From assembly GCA_964016885.1 (NCBI GenBank), contig OZ024751.1, forward strand, positions 33,480,001 through 33,544,000: a DNA stretch of 64,000 nucleotides. The letters run 5' to 3'. Source of the DNA: Eledone cirrhosa (lineage: Eukaryota). This document shows positions 46,155 through 59,748 of this stretch, one piece after another; the first letter of the stretch is position 1, and each line of letters opens with the position of its first letter. The translations under genes were made by a program, and so were the position numbers. The notes under the pieces were generated by a model, which worked only from the letters and a program-made list of their open reading frames with translations, ran no database searches and was not told where the DNA came from.

Positions 46155-46695
46155 GGAGACAGTATGTTCCTTTCGAAAATTACTTTATATATATATATAT
46201 ATATATATATGAAAATGGCGTGCTGCGTTGTTGCAAATGGGGTACATATGAATAAAATTAGTCCTTCATCAGTGATCTTCCAACCGTCATTGGTATTTCT
46301 TCGCATTAAAGATCATATACCTCTGGTTGGTGCGAGCAATAACTAAAAAAAAGTTATTGGGACACGTAAAATAGGGTGAAGCGAGCGGGACAAACAGAGA
46401 TGGTAATGCAACGGAAAGAGAGGAAGAGGGGAAACAAGTCCGTGATATCTGTGAACTTAAGACGAGGAGACATACTGACCATCCGACCTGGGTGAGATGT
46501 GAGCTCTACTTTACACTTCACTACTCTAGACTACACTACACCTCATTACACCAAACTACACTACATTTCACTATAGTACACCACACTATACTACACTATA
46601 CTACACTATACTCCACTACACCACACGACACTACATTTCACTATAGTACATATATATATATATAATATACATATGTGTGCATGTACAAATGTATG

Positions 46696-46732
<37 letters not shown>

Positions 46733-46746
46733 ATGTGTGTGTATGA

Positions 46747-46812
<66 letters not shown>

Positions 46813-48625
46813 GTTATATATGCATATATATATATATATATACATGCCTATATATACTTGTGTTGTATGTCCGCCTAAATAGGAAAGACTAAAATGATGG
46901 TCTCTTTATAAAAATGTCTAAATGTAAAGCACATCACCACTTCACCTCTTCTGTTCCTTATTACACCCATAACGATCTATCGAAAGAGAACAAAAGTATC
47001 GATTTTCGCTATCATGATTTTTAGTGGCGATTATTTCTGGAGAAAACAACAAACAAATCAACTTTTCCAATAATTATAAAAAACATTAAAACAACTTTTA
47101 TTAAATTATGCTCTTTTCTTTTGTTTTAGTAAAGTTTTTATTTTTTCCTACGTTTGTTTGTTTTAAATTATCAGTTACACTTCTATAATAGGTATGTATG
47201 TATGTGTGTATGTTTGTGTGTATGTATGTGTGTGTGTGTGTATGTATGTATATGTATGTACATATGTACGTATGTATGTATATATGTATGTAAACATGTA
47301 TGTTTGTATATATGTATGTATTTATGTATGTATATATGTATGGATTAGTGAAAGCTTGTGTTTACAAGTAAATTTTGTATATTTAGTTTCTCATTGAGAA
47401 TAAAATTGCATTCAGAAAAGTCACTCTTCCTTGTGTTTGTGTGATTTACACATATGAAACTAACACGCCATGAAAATAACACCTTCTTTCCACCAGAATA
47501 GATATGGGATGCATTTTCTAACGTGCTTTTGGCAACGAATTGAATCTTGATGATTAATCATATTTCGATATGTTAATAAATGTTTTTACTTATATATCTT
47601 CACGCTGCTTCAAGAAGGTTCTTTACTTTCACCATATCTACCATTATTTTTAGCCCCCCACCCCACCACCACCCCACCCCTCCCCGTCTCCCTTTTCTTA
47701 ATTTTCTTCTTTCTTCGTCCTTTCTTTTATCTCTAAACCTTTATATCTGATATATTAATATTATTACTTGTTTATATAGTACCTCCTCTATATAAAGACT
47801 AGTTTAAGACTTTATCAATTATATTTCTACACTTATTTTATACTTTCCCTTTTATTGGATGATAGAAACTCCTATGAGATGTTACATTAATTATATCCCT
47901 TTATTTATCTACCTATCTGACTTGTCTTTTTATTTTAATCCATTTATGTATATATTTACCTATTTATTACCTCGTTTCTTTCCTTATTCCACTCTGGACA
48001 TCTCCATTATGTTCTCTCTTTCTTTCTCTTTCATTCTTCTTTTGTCACTTTTTACATTTCACCTCCGTATTTTACTGCTTTCTTTTCTTACTCATAACTT
48101 CTAACTTCCATATATTTTCTCATTATCATTCAGTATATATTTTATATCTTATATTTCATATTATATATTTCATATTATATATTTCATATTTTATATTTCG
48201 TATTATATATATCATATTTTTATTAATCAGTATATATTTTATAATATATATTTTATATTTTCTCATTATTTTTCAGTTTATATTTTATATTTTATTTTCT
48301 ACCATTTACTCATTATTTCCTATTCCCTCAATTATTTAATTTTTCTTCTCCTTTTTCCGATTTCCTCCTATATTCTACATTACTATGCTTACAGTTATTT
48401 TATTTATTATATTTACACTAAGGGATCATAAATCAGCCGACATATAAAACTATAGAGTGTCTTTAACTGTAACTCTTTATACTCGTCTTAGGAGCCCATA
48501 ATTTCGGAGTCGGCCCTTGTCGTTAGATAGAAATCTATGGAACCGTCAATGGTTTGCAGCCGAGGTACGAGTGAAACACGTGTAATGAAAATAACCATGT
48601 TAAATTGATATATGACTCACCATTT

Positions 48626-48704
<79 letters not shown>

Positions 48705-49171
48705 GGTAAACAGAATTAACAACACAATCGGTACAGTATATGGAAGGGATATATTAGGTTAATATATATATATAGATAGAGATAGATAGATAGAGACAGA
48801 AAGAGAGAGATAGAGAGAGAGAGAGAGAGGGGGGGGGGATAAGAAACAAACAAACATATATCAGCCCTACATATCTGTGAATAAATTCAGATAGCAGTTG
48901 TTCAATTAGACATGTCATTTTAAATGAAGGGTCCGTGCTGTGAAAGGGAATATTTTGTAATCTCTCCATCTGGAAGAGGATTATACACAAAACATTAAAC
49001 TGGCGAGATTACCGAATATCTAACGTTTTCTGTGACTTTCATTCCTTGTTAAGGATTTCACATCCATATTTTGTTAGAAAATTGCTCCTCTTGTCGGCGG
49101 TCAATGTGATGTGTTTATGTCTTTGTTGGACTTGTGTACATGGAAGAGCAATAGACGTATAGAGAGAGACG

Positions 49172-49205
<34 letters not shown>

Positions 49206-49679
49206 CGTATATATATATGTATATAGACGTATATATATATATATATAGACGTATATATATATATGTATATGTATATAGACGTATATATATATAGACGTAT
49301 ATATATATATGTATATAGACGTATATATATATATATGTATATAGACGTATATATATATTGATGTATATATTGATGTATGTTTGACTGTTGGCGTGTGTGT
49401 TTGAATATGTGTGTCTGTGTGTTTGGATGTGTGTGTTTTAATCTGTGCGTGCATCCGTGTGTATGTGTTTGGATGTTTGTGTGTGTTTGAATGTGTATGC
49501 GTGTACCTGTGTATGTGTGTATGTGTGTGTGTGTATCTAACTCTGTTCTATATAATAAATGTTCCCTAACAAATCTAAAGTAATAATTCCCTCTAGGGTT
49601 TATTTGTATCCCTATTCTAGTTAGTTAAACTGTTACACTAATGTACTAATACTGTCTGTACAGTCAGTTATACCCACTG

Positions 49680-49868
49680 GTCAATCGGGCAGCAAGCAAG
49701 GTCCTCCACTATTGTCTGTGCTGGGACACCTACTGGATGGAATCCAAGTCAGTTACTAGGTGTTAATCTCTTCCTCAATTGTGGCTGTTGTTCTTTGGCC
49801 TTGATCGCTCTCACCTACCTTCTGGTGTCCAGTGAAGGACTGATCATGGGATTCTATCTTGCTCTTAT
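49680..49868 (-). pseudogene. Decayed RTE-clade LINE 3' fragment
   Basis: Minus strand reads QDRIP*SVLHWTPEGR*ERSRPKN ... SQHRQ*WRTLLAA, matching the RTE C-terminal W.P.G.R.RGRP ... DR..WR pattern with stops. Confidence 0.7.
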
Positions 49869-49970
49869 CTGAAAATATACTCTATGGTAACCCTATGTGT
49901 GTTGCCAGCTCTCCCTCAGCTGTGTGAAGTTTATGCTTGAAGAATTTATATTACTTTATTGTATTATAAA

Positions 49971-50042
<72 letters not shown>

Positions 50043-50143
50043 GTGTGTGTGTACATTATATGATAATATAAAATATAAAATAAAACATACACACGGACAC
50101 AAACAAACATATGTACATACATTTATATAAATATGTATGTGTG

Positions 50144-50206
<63 letters not shown>

Positions 50207-50669
50207 TCTATAGTACAACAAAAGAATATGAATTCTTCATGTTTATAAAACCTGTTTTTAATATTGCATGCCTCGAAGATATTCAGCTTCCTAGTTGTAC
50301 AAACGAACATATAAAATCATTATGCATCCATATATACATAAATACACATAGACATATATGTGTGTGTATATATACACACCCATATATACATACACACTTA
50401 TACATCCATCTGTACATTTATATATACATACATTTCAATGCTCTAATATTAATCACATATATACATCTACCTCTGTATATCATCGGAGACATTAGTTAAA
50501 TATATAAAGTCTCTCTCTCTCCCCCTCTCTCTCCCTCTCTCTTCTTTTTTCTTGTTATTCTCTCCCTCTCTCTCCTTCTCTCACACACAGACACACACAC
50601 TTTCTCTCTCTGTTGAACTTCTCTACAAAAGGCTTACTTTGGCGAGCCAGCTACGATAAACCTACAAGT

Positions 50670-50787
<118 letters not shown>

Positions 50788-50827
50788 GCTATATATATAT
50801 ATATATATATATCACACACACACTCTT

Positions 50828-50967
<140 letters not shown>

Positions 50968-51470
50968 TACATGTATATGTATATATATATCCCTCTCTCT
51001 CTCTCTCTCTCTCGCCAGCCACCTACGATAAACCTACAAGTGCTCTCTCTCTCACTCTCTCTCTCTCTCTCTCTCTCTCTCAGCTACGATAAACTTACAA
51101 TTGCAAAACAATTTTAAATATTTATCAAATTTCTTCCATTTATTTTTAAATTGCTCATGTCGTTTCGTACTTCGCGTTTCGTTTTTCATTTCTCTATTTT
51201 CCTTGTTTCCATAAATTGTTTGTTCATCTTTTTTGTCTGTTCGTCTCTTTAAACTAACAAACAAACAAACAGGCCAGCGATCGAACCAAACGAAACAATA
51301 TTCAATTCTGCTCTGTGAATTATTCATATTTCTGTATGAGAAAAATAAACAATAATAACACTGAAGTTGTGAAATCTATGTATTTCTACTTTTACCTGAA
51401 CCCTCGTGCCAAGAACGGGGTGGGTGTTCTTTTAATATTTATTTTAGAATTTATATATATATATACATAA

Positions 51471-51553
<83 letters not shown>

Positions 51554-52354
51554 CATAAATAAATATATATATATGTGTGTGTGTGTGTGTTTATATTTAT
51601 ACATATATATTTTGTTCCTGAAATCTTTATCCATATTTTCAATCATTCTTAATATTTTTTATTAACATTTTTGTATTTTTAATCCTTCTAGTCGGTTTAT
51701 TATTATTATTACTATTGTTGTTGTTATTGGTGGTGATGTTGGTGGTGTTGTCTTTTGAATATTTAGCTGGTAAGTTTTGCCATAGTTTTTTTAAAGTTTC
51801 CTCTATCTAGGGAGTTTTATTGTTACATTATTGTTTATGAGGTTCCCACACTTTACACTACGAAAGTGGCAGCTTTTATTTCCATTCTAACGTATTGTGG
51901 GAAACACGCGTCGAGAATCAAGATCATTGACGTAGTATCGTAAAAATAACATCTGTTTGCCGGTAGAGGTCGCTCCAGCTGAGACTGAACACTAGACAGA
52001 AATCCTCCAATCTAAAACATGAGAAAAGAACATTGGGCAGGCACTTCTGATCCAAACTGATCAAGAGAGCTTGGAAGCCACGCCTGACTTTATTAACCAG
52101 TTAGTTGTCCGTTGGGTTAGAGGGTAATTGACCAAGATACCATATGGTAGAGACGGTCACATAGTTAATATAAGTCTACAAGTCTCTAAAAAGACCGGAC
52201 ATTCATGTTTGGAGAGATTTTGAGACCAAATGTCTGCCCAATCCGGATCAAACTTGAAATAAACAACAACACCATTATCAACAATATTATCATCCCCACC
52301 AACATCTCCATCACCATGCCCGTCGCCCCCACCATCGTTCTGTCATTGGTATAT

Positions 52355-52545
52355 CGGTTGCTGAGAACTGATTACATTTTGCCAATCAGTGAAGATCGAA
52401 CACAATTGTTAAGAACGGATTGTGTCTTGCCAATCAGTGAAGATCGAACACAATTGTTAAGAACAGATTGTGTCTTGCCAATCAGTAAGATCGAACAACT
52501 GTTGAGAATTGACTGTGTCTTACCAATCAGTGAAAATCGAACACT
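52355..52545. repeat. 48-bp tandem repeat, about 4 units
   Basis: ttgttaagaacagattgtgtcttgccaatcagtgaagatcgaacacaa. Confidence 0.9.
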
Positions 52546-53055
52546 ATAAAGAAGAAACTTCTTGTTTTGCCTTACAATAACACAACTGACCCTTTCCTCA
52601 CAAATATGATTGATTAACGTAAGTATACGCTTCAAAGAATGAGATGATCGATAGATCAATAGTTTTGGCGATAATGGAACTATTGATTCTATCATGTGAC
52701 GTTACCATACCATCCAAATATGTGTAAAAAAAAAGACAAATAAAAATAAAACACAAAGCAAATTGAAATCTAAGAGAGAAAAATGTTTTATCTCGAGTCT
52801 GTCTCGAATGTCAAGTCACACTCACACTTAGTAACACCCACACTCGAGAGACAGTACGGTGCACACTCAGTACTCCGAGAGGAGAAACTAACAGACAGAC
52901 GAACCGATGGATGTCTCTGTGTGGTGTGTATGTATATGTGGGGGTGAGTGTCTGTGTGTGAGTATATGTATATGTGTTTGTGCGTATGTGAGAGGAGAGA
53001 GAAGTCAGAACGTCTTCTCAGCAGTTTCCGTAAACTCTAGTTGGATTCATTTTTT

Positions 53056-53134
<79 letters not shown>

Positions 53135-53207
53135 ACACACACACATTTATATATATATATATACACATTATATATATATATACACACATTATATATATAT
53201 ATACGAG

Positions 53208-53397
53208 GGCGGTGGATTGGCAGTATCGGTAGAGGGTCGGACGTCATGCTTTGACGCATAGAGTTACGGCCCTTTCTATTCTGAGTTCAAATCCCGCCGA
53301 GGTCAACTTTGCCTTTCATCCTTAAGGGGTCGATAAAATAAAGTACCAGTAATGTACTGGGTAATTGCTGGCCTTGTGCCAAAAGTAGAAACAATTA
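53208..53397 (+). mobile_element. SINE copy, full length, between TA tracts
   Basis: ggcggtggattggcagtatcgg...gagttcaaatcccgccgaggtcaactttgcctttcatcc...gtagaaacaatta. Confidence 0.9.
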
Positions 53398-53410
53398 TAT
53401 ATATATACGC

Positions 53411-53471
<61 letters not shown>

Positions 53472-53527
53472 CATTATATATATTATATATATATATATAT
53501 ATAACATTATATATATTATATATATAT

Positions 53528-53563
<36 letters not shown>

Positions 53564-53641
53564 GTTATATATATTATATACATATATATATATATATATA
53601 ACATATATATATTATATATATATATATAATATATATAATAT

Positions 53642-53934
53642 ACGGGGTAACAAATAATAGTTATATGCAGTCCACTTAGGTGTAGTCCAGTTATGGTATT
53701 CCAGGTAGTGGATGATATCAACGCTTGGCTAACTCAATAAGGCGTTTCCATAGTGATGCTGCGAGTACGCTGTAATTCCTATGTTGTAAACACTTGGAGT
53801 AATAATAAATCAGGAAAGAAGAGTGACACGGTTTGCTATACAAAAAAGGTTTTTGAGAGAAGCAATTGTCAGCAATGAGATTAAAAACCTTTTTTGTATA
53901 GCAAACCGTGTCACTCTTCTTTCCTGATTTATTA
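53642..53934 (-). mobile_element. Fold-back element family C: perfect 52-bp inverted repeat plus about 160-bp tail in (TA)n
   Basis: Arms 53803-53854 and 53883-53934 are exact reverse complements with a 28-nt loop. Tail 53642-53802 is homologous to 24954-25095. Confidence 0.7.
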
Positions 53935-53958
53935 ATATATATAATATATATATATAAC

Positions 53959-54024
<66 letters not shown>

Positions 54025-54025
54025 G

Positions 54026-54064
<39 letters not shown>

Positions 54065-54065
54065 G

Positions 54066-54131
<66 letters not shown>

Positions 54132-54916
54132 CATTATATATATATATATATATGAATGGATAAATGAAAGTATCTTTCTTCAATGAGGCCGACCATCATG
54201 GTAGCACATTAAATAAATAAAAAAAACAGAAAAACAAATAGAAACGTTACAATGACAACAATAACAACAACAAAAACATTAAAATAAATCAAAAGCAACA
54301 ACAACAGCAGCAATGACAACGACGGCGGCGACGAGGCTCCGGCCGTTTTCTAGCTTTTAACGACTGGTCGTCTGCTTTGTTAGTGGTAGCCATTGTTGTT
54401 GAACACTAGTGGATATTTCATTGTAACGGCTACACTCTAGCGAACGACGCTTTTTACATCAATTCAGTTCAACTGAATAATGATTTGTAGCTGGAATCGA
54501 TAAAGCAAGTGTTAGACATAATAGACAAAATCAATTAAGTAATCATCTAATTATTGATAAACTGAGACAATTTATTATTGTTGTTATACTTTTTTTTAGG
54601 TTTATTTATTTTGGTTTTTGTTTCGTATGGAAAGAAAAGAAATATAGGTAAAGACAACAAACTCTAAGAGAAAAAGCTCTTTGTCTCTCATCCCAATCAG
54701 TTTGACTATTGTATGTATAAAAAGTCAATGAATCCTTGCTATATATACTATTTGAAAAGATGCTATTGAATCAGAGGCAAAAATATCCGGTTGAAATTGT
54801 AGAAACCAATAAACAAAAGTTTGGTGTTTTTTTTCTTGTTACTCTCTTTCCCAACGAACAAGTTTATATATATATATATATATATGCGTGTGTGTGTTTG
54901 TGTGTGTGTGTGTGTA

Positions 54917-54955
<39 letters not shown>

Positions 54956-54957
54956 AA

Positions 54958-54998
<41 letters not shown>

Positions 54999-55005
54999 TG
55001 TATAA

Positions 55006-55046
<41 letters not shown>

Positions 55047-55053
55047 TGTATAA

Positions 55054-55093
<40 letters not shown>

Positions 55094-55099
55094 GTATAA

Positions 55100-55151
<52 letters not shown>

Positions 55152-55617
55152 GTATATATATGTGTATATATGTATGTGTGCATGTTTGTGTGTGTACATA
55201 TATATGTGTGCATGTGTGTGCGTGTTTGTGTCAAATATTATCATTGAATTTCATTTTATTGGAAATGATTTCAGTGTAAGTGAAGTGATTAAAGGGGAGG
55301 TCACTGAAGGAGTGGGCCAGTCAGTTTATTCCGTTAAATACTATCTCATTATACAACATTTACAATCAATTGCAGACCGTTCTTCTCCATGAAACCACGT
55401 TTCTTAATTATTACGATACACCATTAAGATGAGACAACCATCTACCAACTCACCTATGATCGATTTTAAGTGCTAATCATTGACTATTGTCTCAGTTGAA
55501 ATGTTTTCATTAATTTTACAAGAAGCGACATCATTAACAAAGTGTTAATGAACGGGTTAGAATAAATACTATTTGATAAATTAAACTGAATCGTTTTTCT
55601 GAACCTATTGGGTCGTA

Positions 55618-55800
55618 ATATTGGTTAAAATCTGGGTCTATTGAGTGGTAGTATTAGTTAAAATCTGGTTCTATTGAGTGGTAGTATTGGTTAAAATCTG
55701 GGTCTATTGAGTGGTAGTATTGGTTAAAATCTGGGTCTATTGAGTGGTAGTATTGGTTAAAATCTGGGTCTATTGAGTGGTAGTATTAGTTAAAATCTGG
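55618..55800. repeat. 33-bp tandem repeat, 5-6 units
   Basis: gtattggttaaaatctgggtctattgagtggta. Confidence 0.9.
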
Positions 55801-56008
55801 AGTATGAGGTAACTGGTGTAGTGTATGTCAATTGGTAAATATGTTTGTATGGAGTCGGAGCGTGCCATTTCGACATACGGCGTTTCTAGGGCATTTTAAA
55901 ACCTGGTGGAGCCCATCTCCTCTCCAGGTCTGAATACAGCAGATTTTCTCCAAAGAAGGATGATAGAGAGTGAAAGAATGGAAGTGGGAAAGAATTACGG
56001 AGGAAGAA

Positions 56009-56097
56009 TTGACCCCAGTACTTGACTGGTACTTTTTTTATCGACCTCGAAAGGATGAAAAGCAAAGATGACCTCGGTTAGATTTAAATTCAGAACG
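56009..56097 (-). mobile_element. Older related SINE fragment
   Basis: gaccccagtacttgactggtac...tatcgacctcgaaaggatgaaaagcaaag is the reverse complement of the core. Confidence 0.7.
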
Positions 56098-56114
56098 GAA
56101 AATATTACCACAAA

Positions 56115-56143
<29 letters not shown>

Positions 56144-56148
<5 letters not shown>

Positions 56149-56337
56149 AACCAGTAAGACCCCGACGGCTGAGCTCAAGCCGTTTCGACGGCTAATTCTG
56201 TCCAGAATTAGCCGTCGAAACGGCTTGAGCTCAGCCGTCGGGGTCTTACTGGTTCCTATTACCCACTCTACTACCCTAAGTATTGAGTACTTTGGTGCGT
56301 TATGGTCCACCTGGTTCCTTACCACATTTCCTTCGTT
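56144..56337 (+). mobile_element. Family A copy
   Basis: Arms ggaaccagtaagacccc...gctaattctg around loop tc, plus tail. TA flanks. Confidence 0.85.
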
Positions 56338-56387
56338 ATATATATATATATATATATACGGGAGGGTGAGCGAGAGAGAGAGAGAGA

Positions 56388-56458
<71 letters not shown>

Positions 56459-57245
56459 GGGGAGTATTTTGGTAGTGTCAAGTCCAGAACTTGACTTAAG
56501 ACACACACGCGTTGAAGGATGACAAAAATATATATAAAGGTGAGTTAACCTCCAATGTTCTCAGCTGTGATTATAGAATACTATGTGAACTATTGACTAT
56601 TAGACATCTCTATGATATTTTCTGCTTGAAAGAACCTCCATTGATGGCCAACAATGAGTGAAACCATTCAAATGTGTCTCTCCCAAAGTTGAAATTCTTG
56701 TATTTACCATTTAATTACTTCCAAATTATTTCCATGTTTATTTTCACTTAGTAATGTAGCTTTCTCCCTTTCTTACATTCTCTTCTTTCTTACTTTCTTT
56801 CTTCTTCTTTTGCTGCTGCTGCTGCTGCTGCTACTGCTACTATTATTACTGCTACTGGTGCTGCTACTACTGTTAACACTACATGTGCTACTGCTACTAC
56901 TAATACTGATGCTTTTGCTGCTGTTCCACCTTAGGGTGTGGTTTCTTAACAGTTGAAATGAGTTTCCGACTAAAAACATATTTTGTTAATATTTCACATT
57001 TCAGAGAGATAGTGTGATGGAGATTTGACATGTGTGTGTTGGTGTGTGTGTTGGTGTGAGTGTGTGTTGGTGTGTATTGGTGTGTATGTTGGTGTGTGTT
57101 GTGTGTGTGTGGAAGGGTATATAAATATATATATACACCCTCCCACACACTCAAGTATATATATATACTGTATATATATATATATATATATATACATACA
57201 TGACAGTAGGCCGTATATATATATATATATATATATGGGAAAAAG

Positions 57246-57297
<52 letters not shown>

Positions 57298-57435
57298 CGG
57301 CCTACCGTCATATATATATATATATATATATACGGCCTACCGTCATATATATATATATATATATATACGGCCTACCGTCATATATATATATATATATATA
57401 CGGCCTACCGTCATTATATATATATATATATATAT

Positions 57436-57627
57436 ATAGGAACAAGTAAGACCCCGACGGGTGAGCTCAAGCCGTTTCGACGGCTAATTCTGTACTCAAT
57501 TAGCCGTCGAAACGGCTTGAGCTCAGCCGTCGGGGTCTTACTTGTTCCTATTACCCACTCTACTACCCTAAGTATTGAGTACTTTGGTGCGTTATGGTCC
57601 ACTTGGTTCCTTACCACATTTCCTTCG

Positions 57628-57629
<2 letters not shown>
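57436..57629 (+). mobile_element. Family A copy
   Basis: Arms ggaacaagtaagacccc...gctaatt around loop ctgtactc, plus tail. TA flanks. Confidence 0.85.
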
Positions 57630-57668
<39 letters not shown>

Positions 57669-57679
57669 CGGCCTACGTC

Positions 57680-57710
<31 letters not shown>

Positions 57711-57725
57711 TATACGGCCTACGTC

Positions 57726-57770
<45 letters not shown>

Positions 57771-57781
57771 CGGCCTACGTC

Positions 57782-57824
<43 letters not shown>

Positions 57825-57842
57825 CCGCCTACCGTCATATAA

Positions 57843-57888
<46 letters not shown>

Positions 57889-57925
57889 GGCCTACCGTCA
57901 TATATATAAATATATATATATATAT

Positions 57926-58126
57926 AACGAAGGAAGTGTGGTAAGGAACCAGATGGAGCATAACGCACCAGAGTACTCAATACTTAGGTTAGTAGGGTGG
58001 GTAATAGGAAAAAGTTCAAGACCCCGACGGCAGAGCTCAAGCCGTTTCGTCGACGGCTATTTCTGGAGTCCAGAAATAGCCGTCGAAACGGCTTGAGCTC
58101 TGCCGTCGGGGTCATACTTTTTCCTA
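57926..58126 (-). mobile_element. Family A copy, inverted (tail-to-tail with 57436)
   Basis: Tail reverse complement aacgaaggaagtgtggtaaggaaccag..., then a palindrome centred on ctgga-g-tccag. Confidence 0.85.
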
Positions 58127-58229
58127 CATATATATATATGAGGGTAGCCGTGTCTATCCACCTAAACAACATGTTTTAACAATGCCACAGTGATGAGACA
58201 GAGAACAATGATGACCATAGTTGATGTTT

Positions 58230-58300
<71 letters not shown>

Positions 58301-58380
58301 ATCTCTCTCTCTCTCTTCTCTCTCTCCCTCTCTCTCTTTCTCGTTCACTCTCTCTCACTCTTCTTGTATGTATGTACATG

Positions 58381-58413
<33 letters not shown>

Positions 58414-58824
58414 ACATATGTACATATATATTTATGTCTGTAGATATAGACGTGTGTAGGAGACAGACAGACGGAGAAACAGGGTGACAGTGTGACAGAC
58501 AGACAGTCAGAGACAGACAGACAGACAGCTAGAGAGATAGACAGGTAGACAGAGAGACAGACAGAGAGACAGGTAGACAGAGAGACAGGCAGACAGGTAG
58601 ACAGAGAGACAGACAGCTAGACAGAGAGACAGACAGACAGGTAGACAGCTAGACAGAGAGACAGACAGGTAGACAGAGAGACATATGTCACCCATAGATA
58701 ACCCTCTCTTGTTATTCTCTCATTTAACCAATATTGACTCCATTATTTTCTATGTACAGTTTCTTCTGTTTTCAATGGCGAAATATGATTTTCTATCTCC
58801 ACATTCCAAAATCCCAAACCCAGG

Positions 58825-58978
58825 GCCTTCTCCCTCCTGTTGAAAAACCTCTCCTTGGTTGATCCCCACCGCTTTCTGTCTCTGGCCATATTGGGCCATG
58901 TGGGCTGGGGTATTGGGTCAGATCATCGCACCATCTGGCCTTTGGTCGCCCTCTTCTACCATGTGGCAGTCCCCAATA
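58825..58978 (-). pseudogene. Decayed RTE-clade LINE 3' fragment
   Basis: YWGLPHGRRGRPKARWCDDLTQY, then after a frameshift PTWPNMARDRKRWGSTKERFF. RGRP..RW.DD and W...A.DR..W are RTE hallmarks. Confidence 0.75.
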
Positions 58979-59748
58979 CATAATGTATGTACCATGTATC
59001 AGTCCCTAATATTTAATGTATGTACCATGTATCAGTCTCCAATACTTAATCTATGTACCATGTAGCAGTCCCTAATATTTAATGTATGTACCATGTATCA
59101 GTCCCCAATATTTAATCTATGTACCATGTATCAGTCCCCAATATTTAATCTATGTACCATGTACCGTGTATCAGTCCCCAATATTTAATCTATGTACCAT
59201 GTATCAGTCCCCAATATTTAATCTATGTACCATGAATCAGTCCCCAATATTTAATCTATGTACCATGTACCATGTATCAGTCCCCAATATTTAATCTATG
59301 TACCATGTATCAGTCCCCAATATTTAATCTATGTACCATGTATCAGTCCCCAATATTTAATCTATGTACCATGTATCAGTCCCCAATATTTAATCTATGT
59401 ACCATGTATCAGTCCCCAATATTTAATCTATGTACCATGTATCAGTCCCCAATATTTAATCTATGTACCATGTATCAGTCCCCAATATTTAATCTATGTA
59501 CCATGTATCAGTCCCCAATATTTAATCTATGTACCATGTATCAGTCCCCAATATTTAATCTATGTACCATGAATCAGTCCCCAATATTTAATCTATGTAC
59601 CATGTAGCAGTCCCCAATATTTAATCTATGTACTATGTAGCAGTCCCCAATATTTAATCTATGTACCATGTACCATGTAGCGGTCCCCAATATTTAATCC
59701 ATGTACCATGTAGCAGTCTCCAATATTTAATCTATGTACCATGTACCA
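58958..59748. repeat. 33-bp minisatellite, about 23 units
   Basis: cagtccccaatatttaatctatgtaccatgtat. Confidence 0.95.

Noticed and set aside
51830-51920. Hammerhead-like ttatgag...cccaca/tgtggg-aaacacgcgtc
   Set aside because: Core is TTTATGA rather than CTGANGA and no stem I pairing could be found.
53715-53770. Hammerhead-like fold in the family C tail (minus strand cat-cact-atg GAAACGC...GCGTT)
   Set aside because: Both copies have CTCGCA(G/A) where CTGANGA is required, and stem I is not evident.
57296-57900. Constant motif with variable spacers resembling CRISPR
   Set aside because: Spacers are only (TA)n of varying length.
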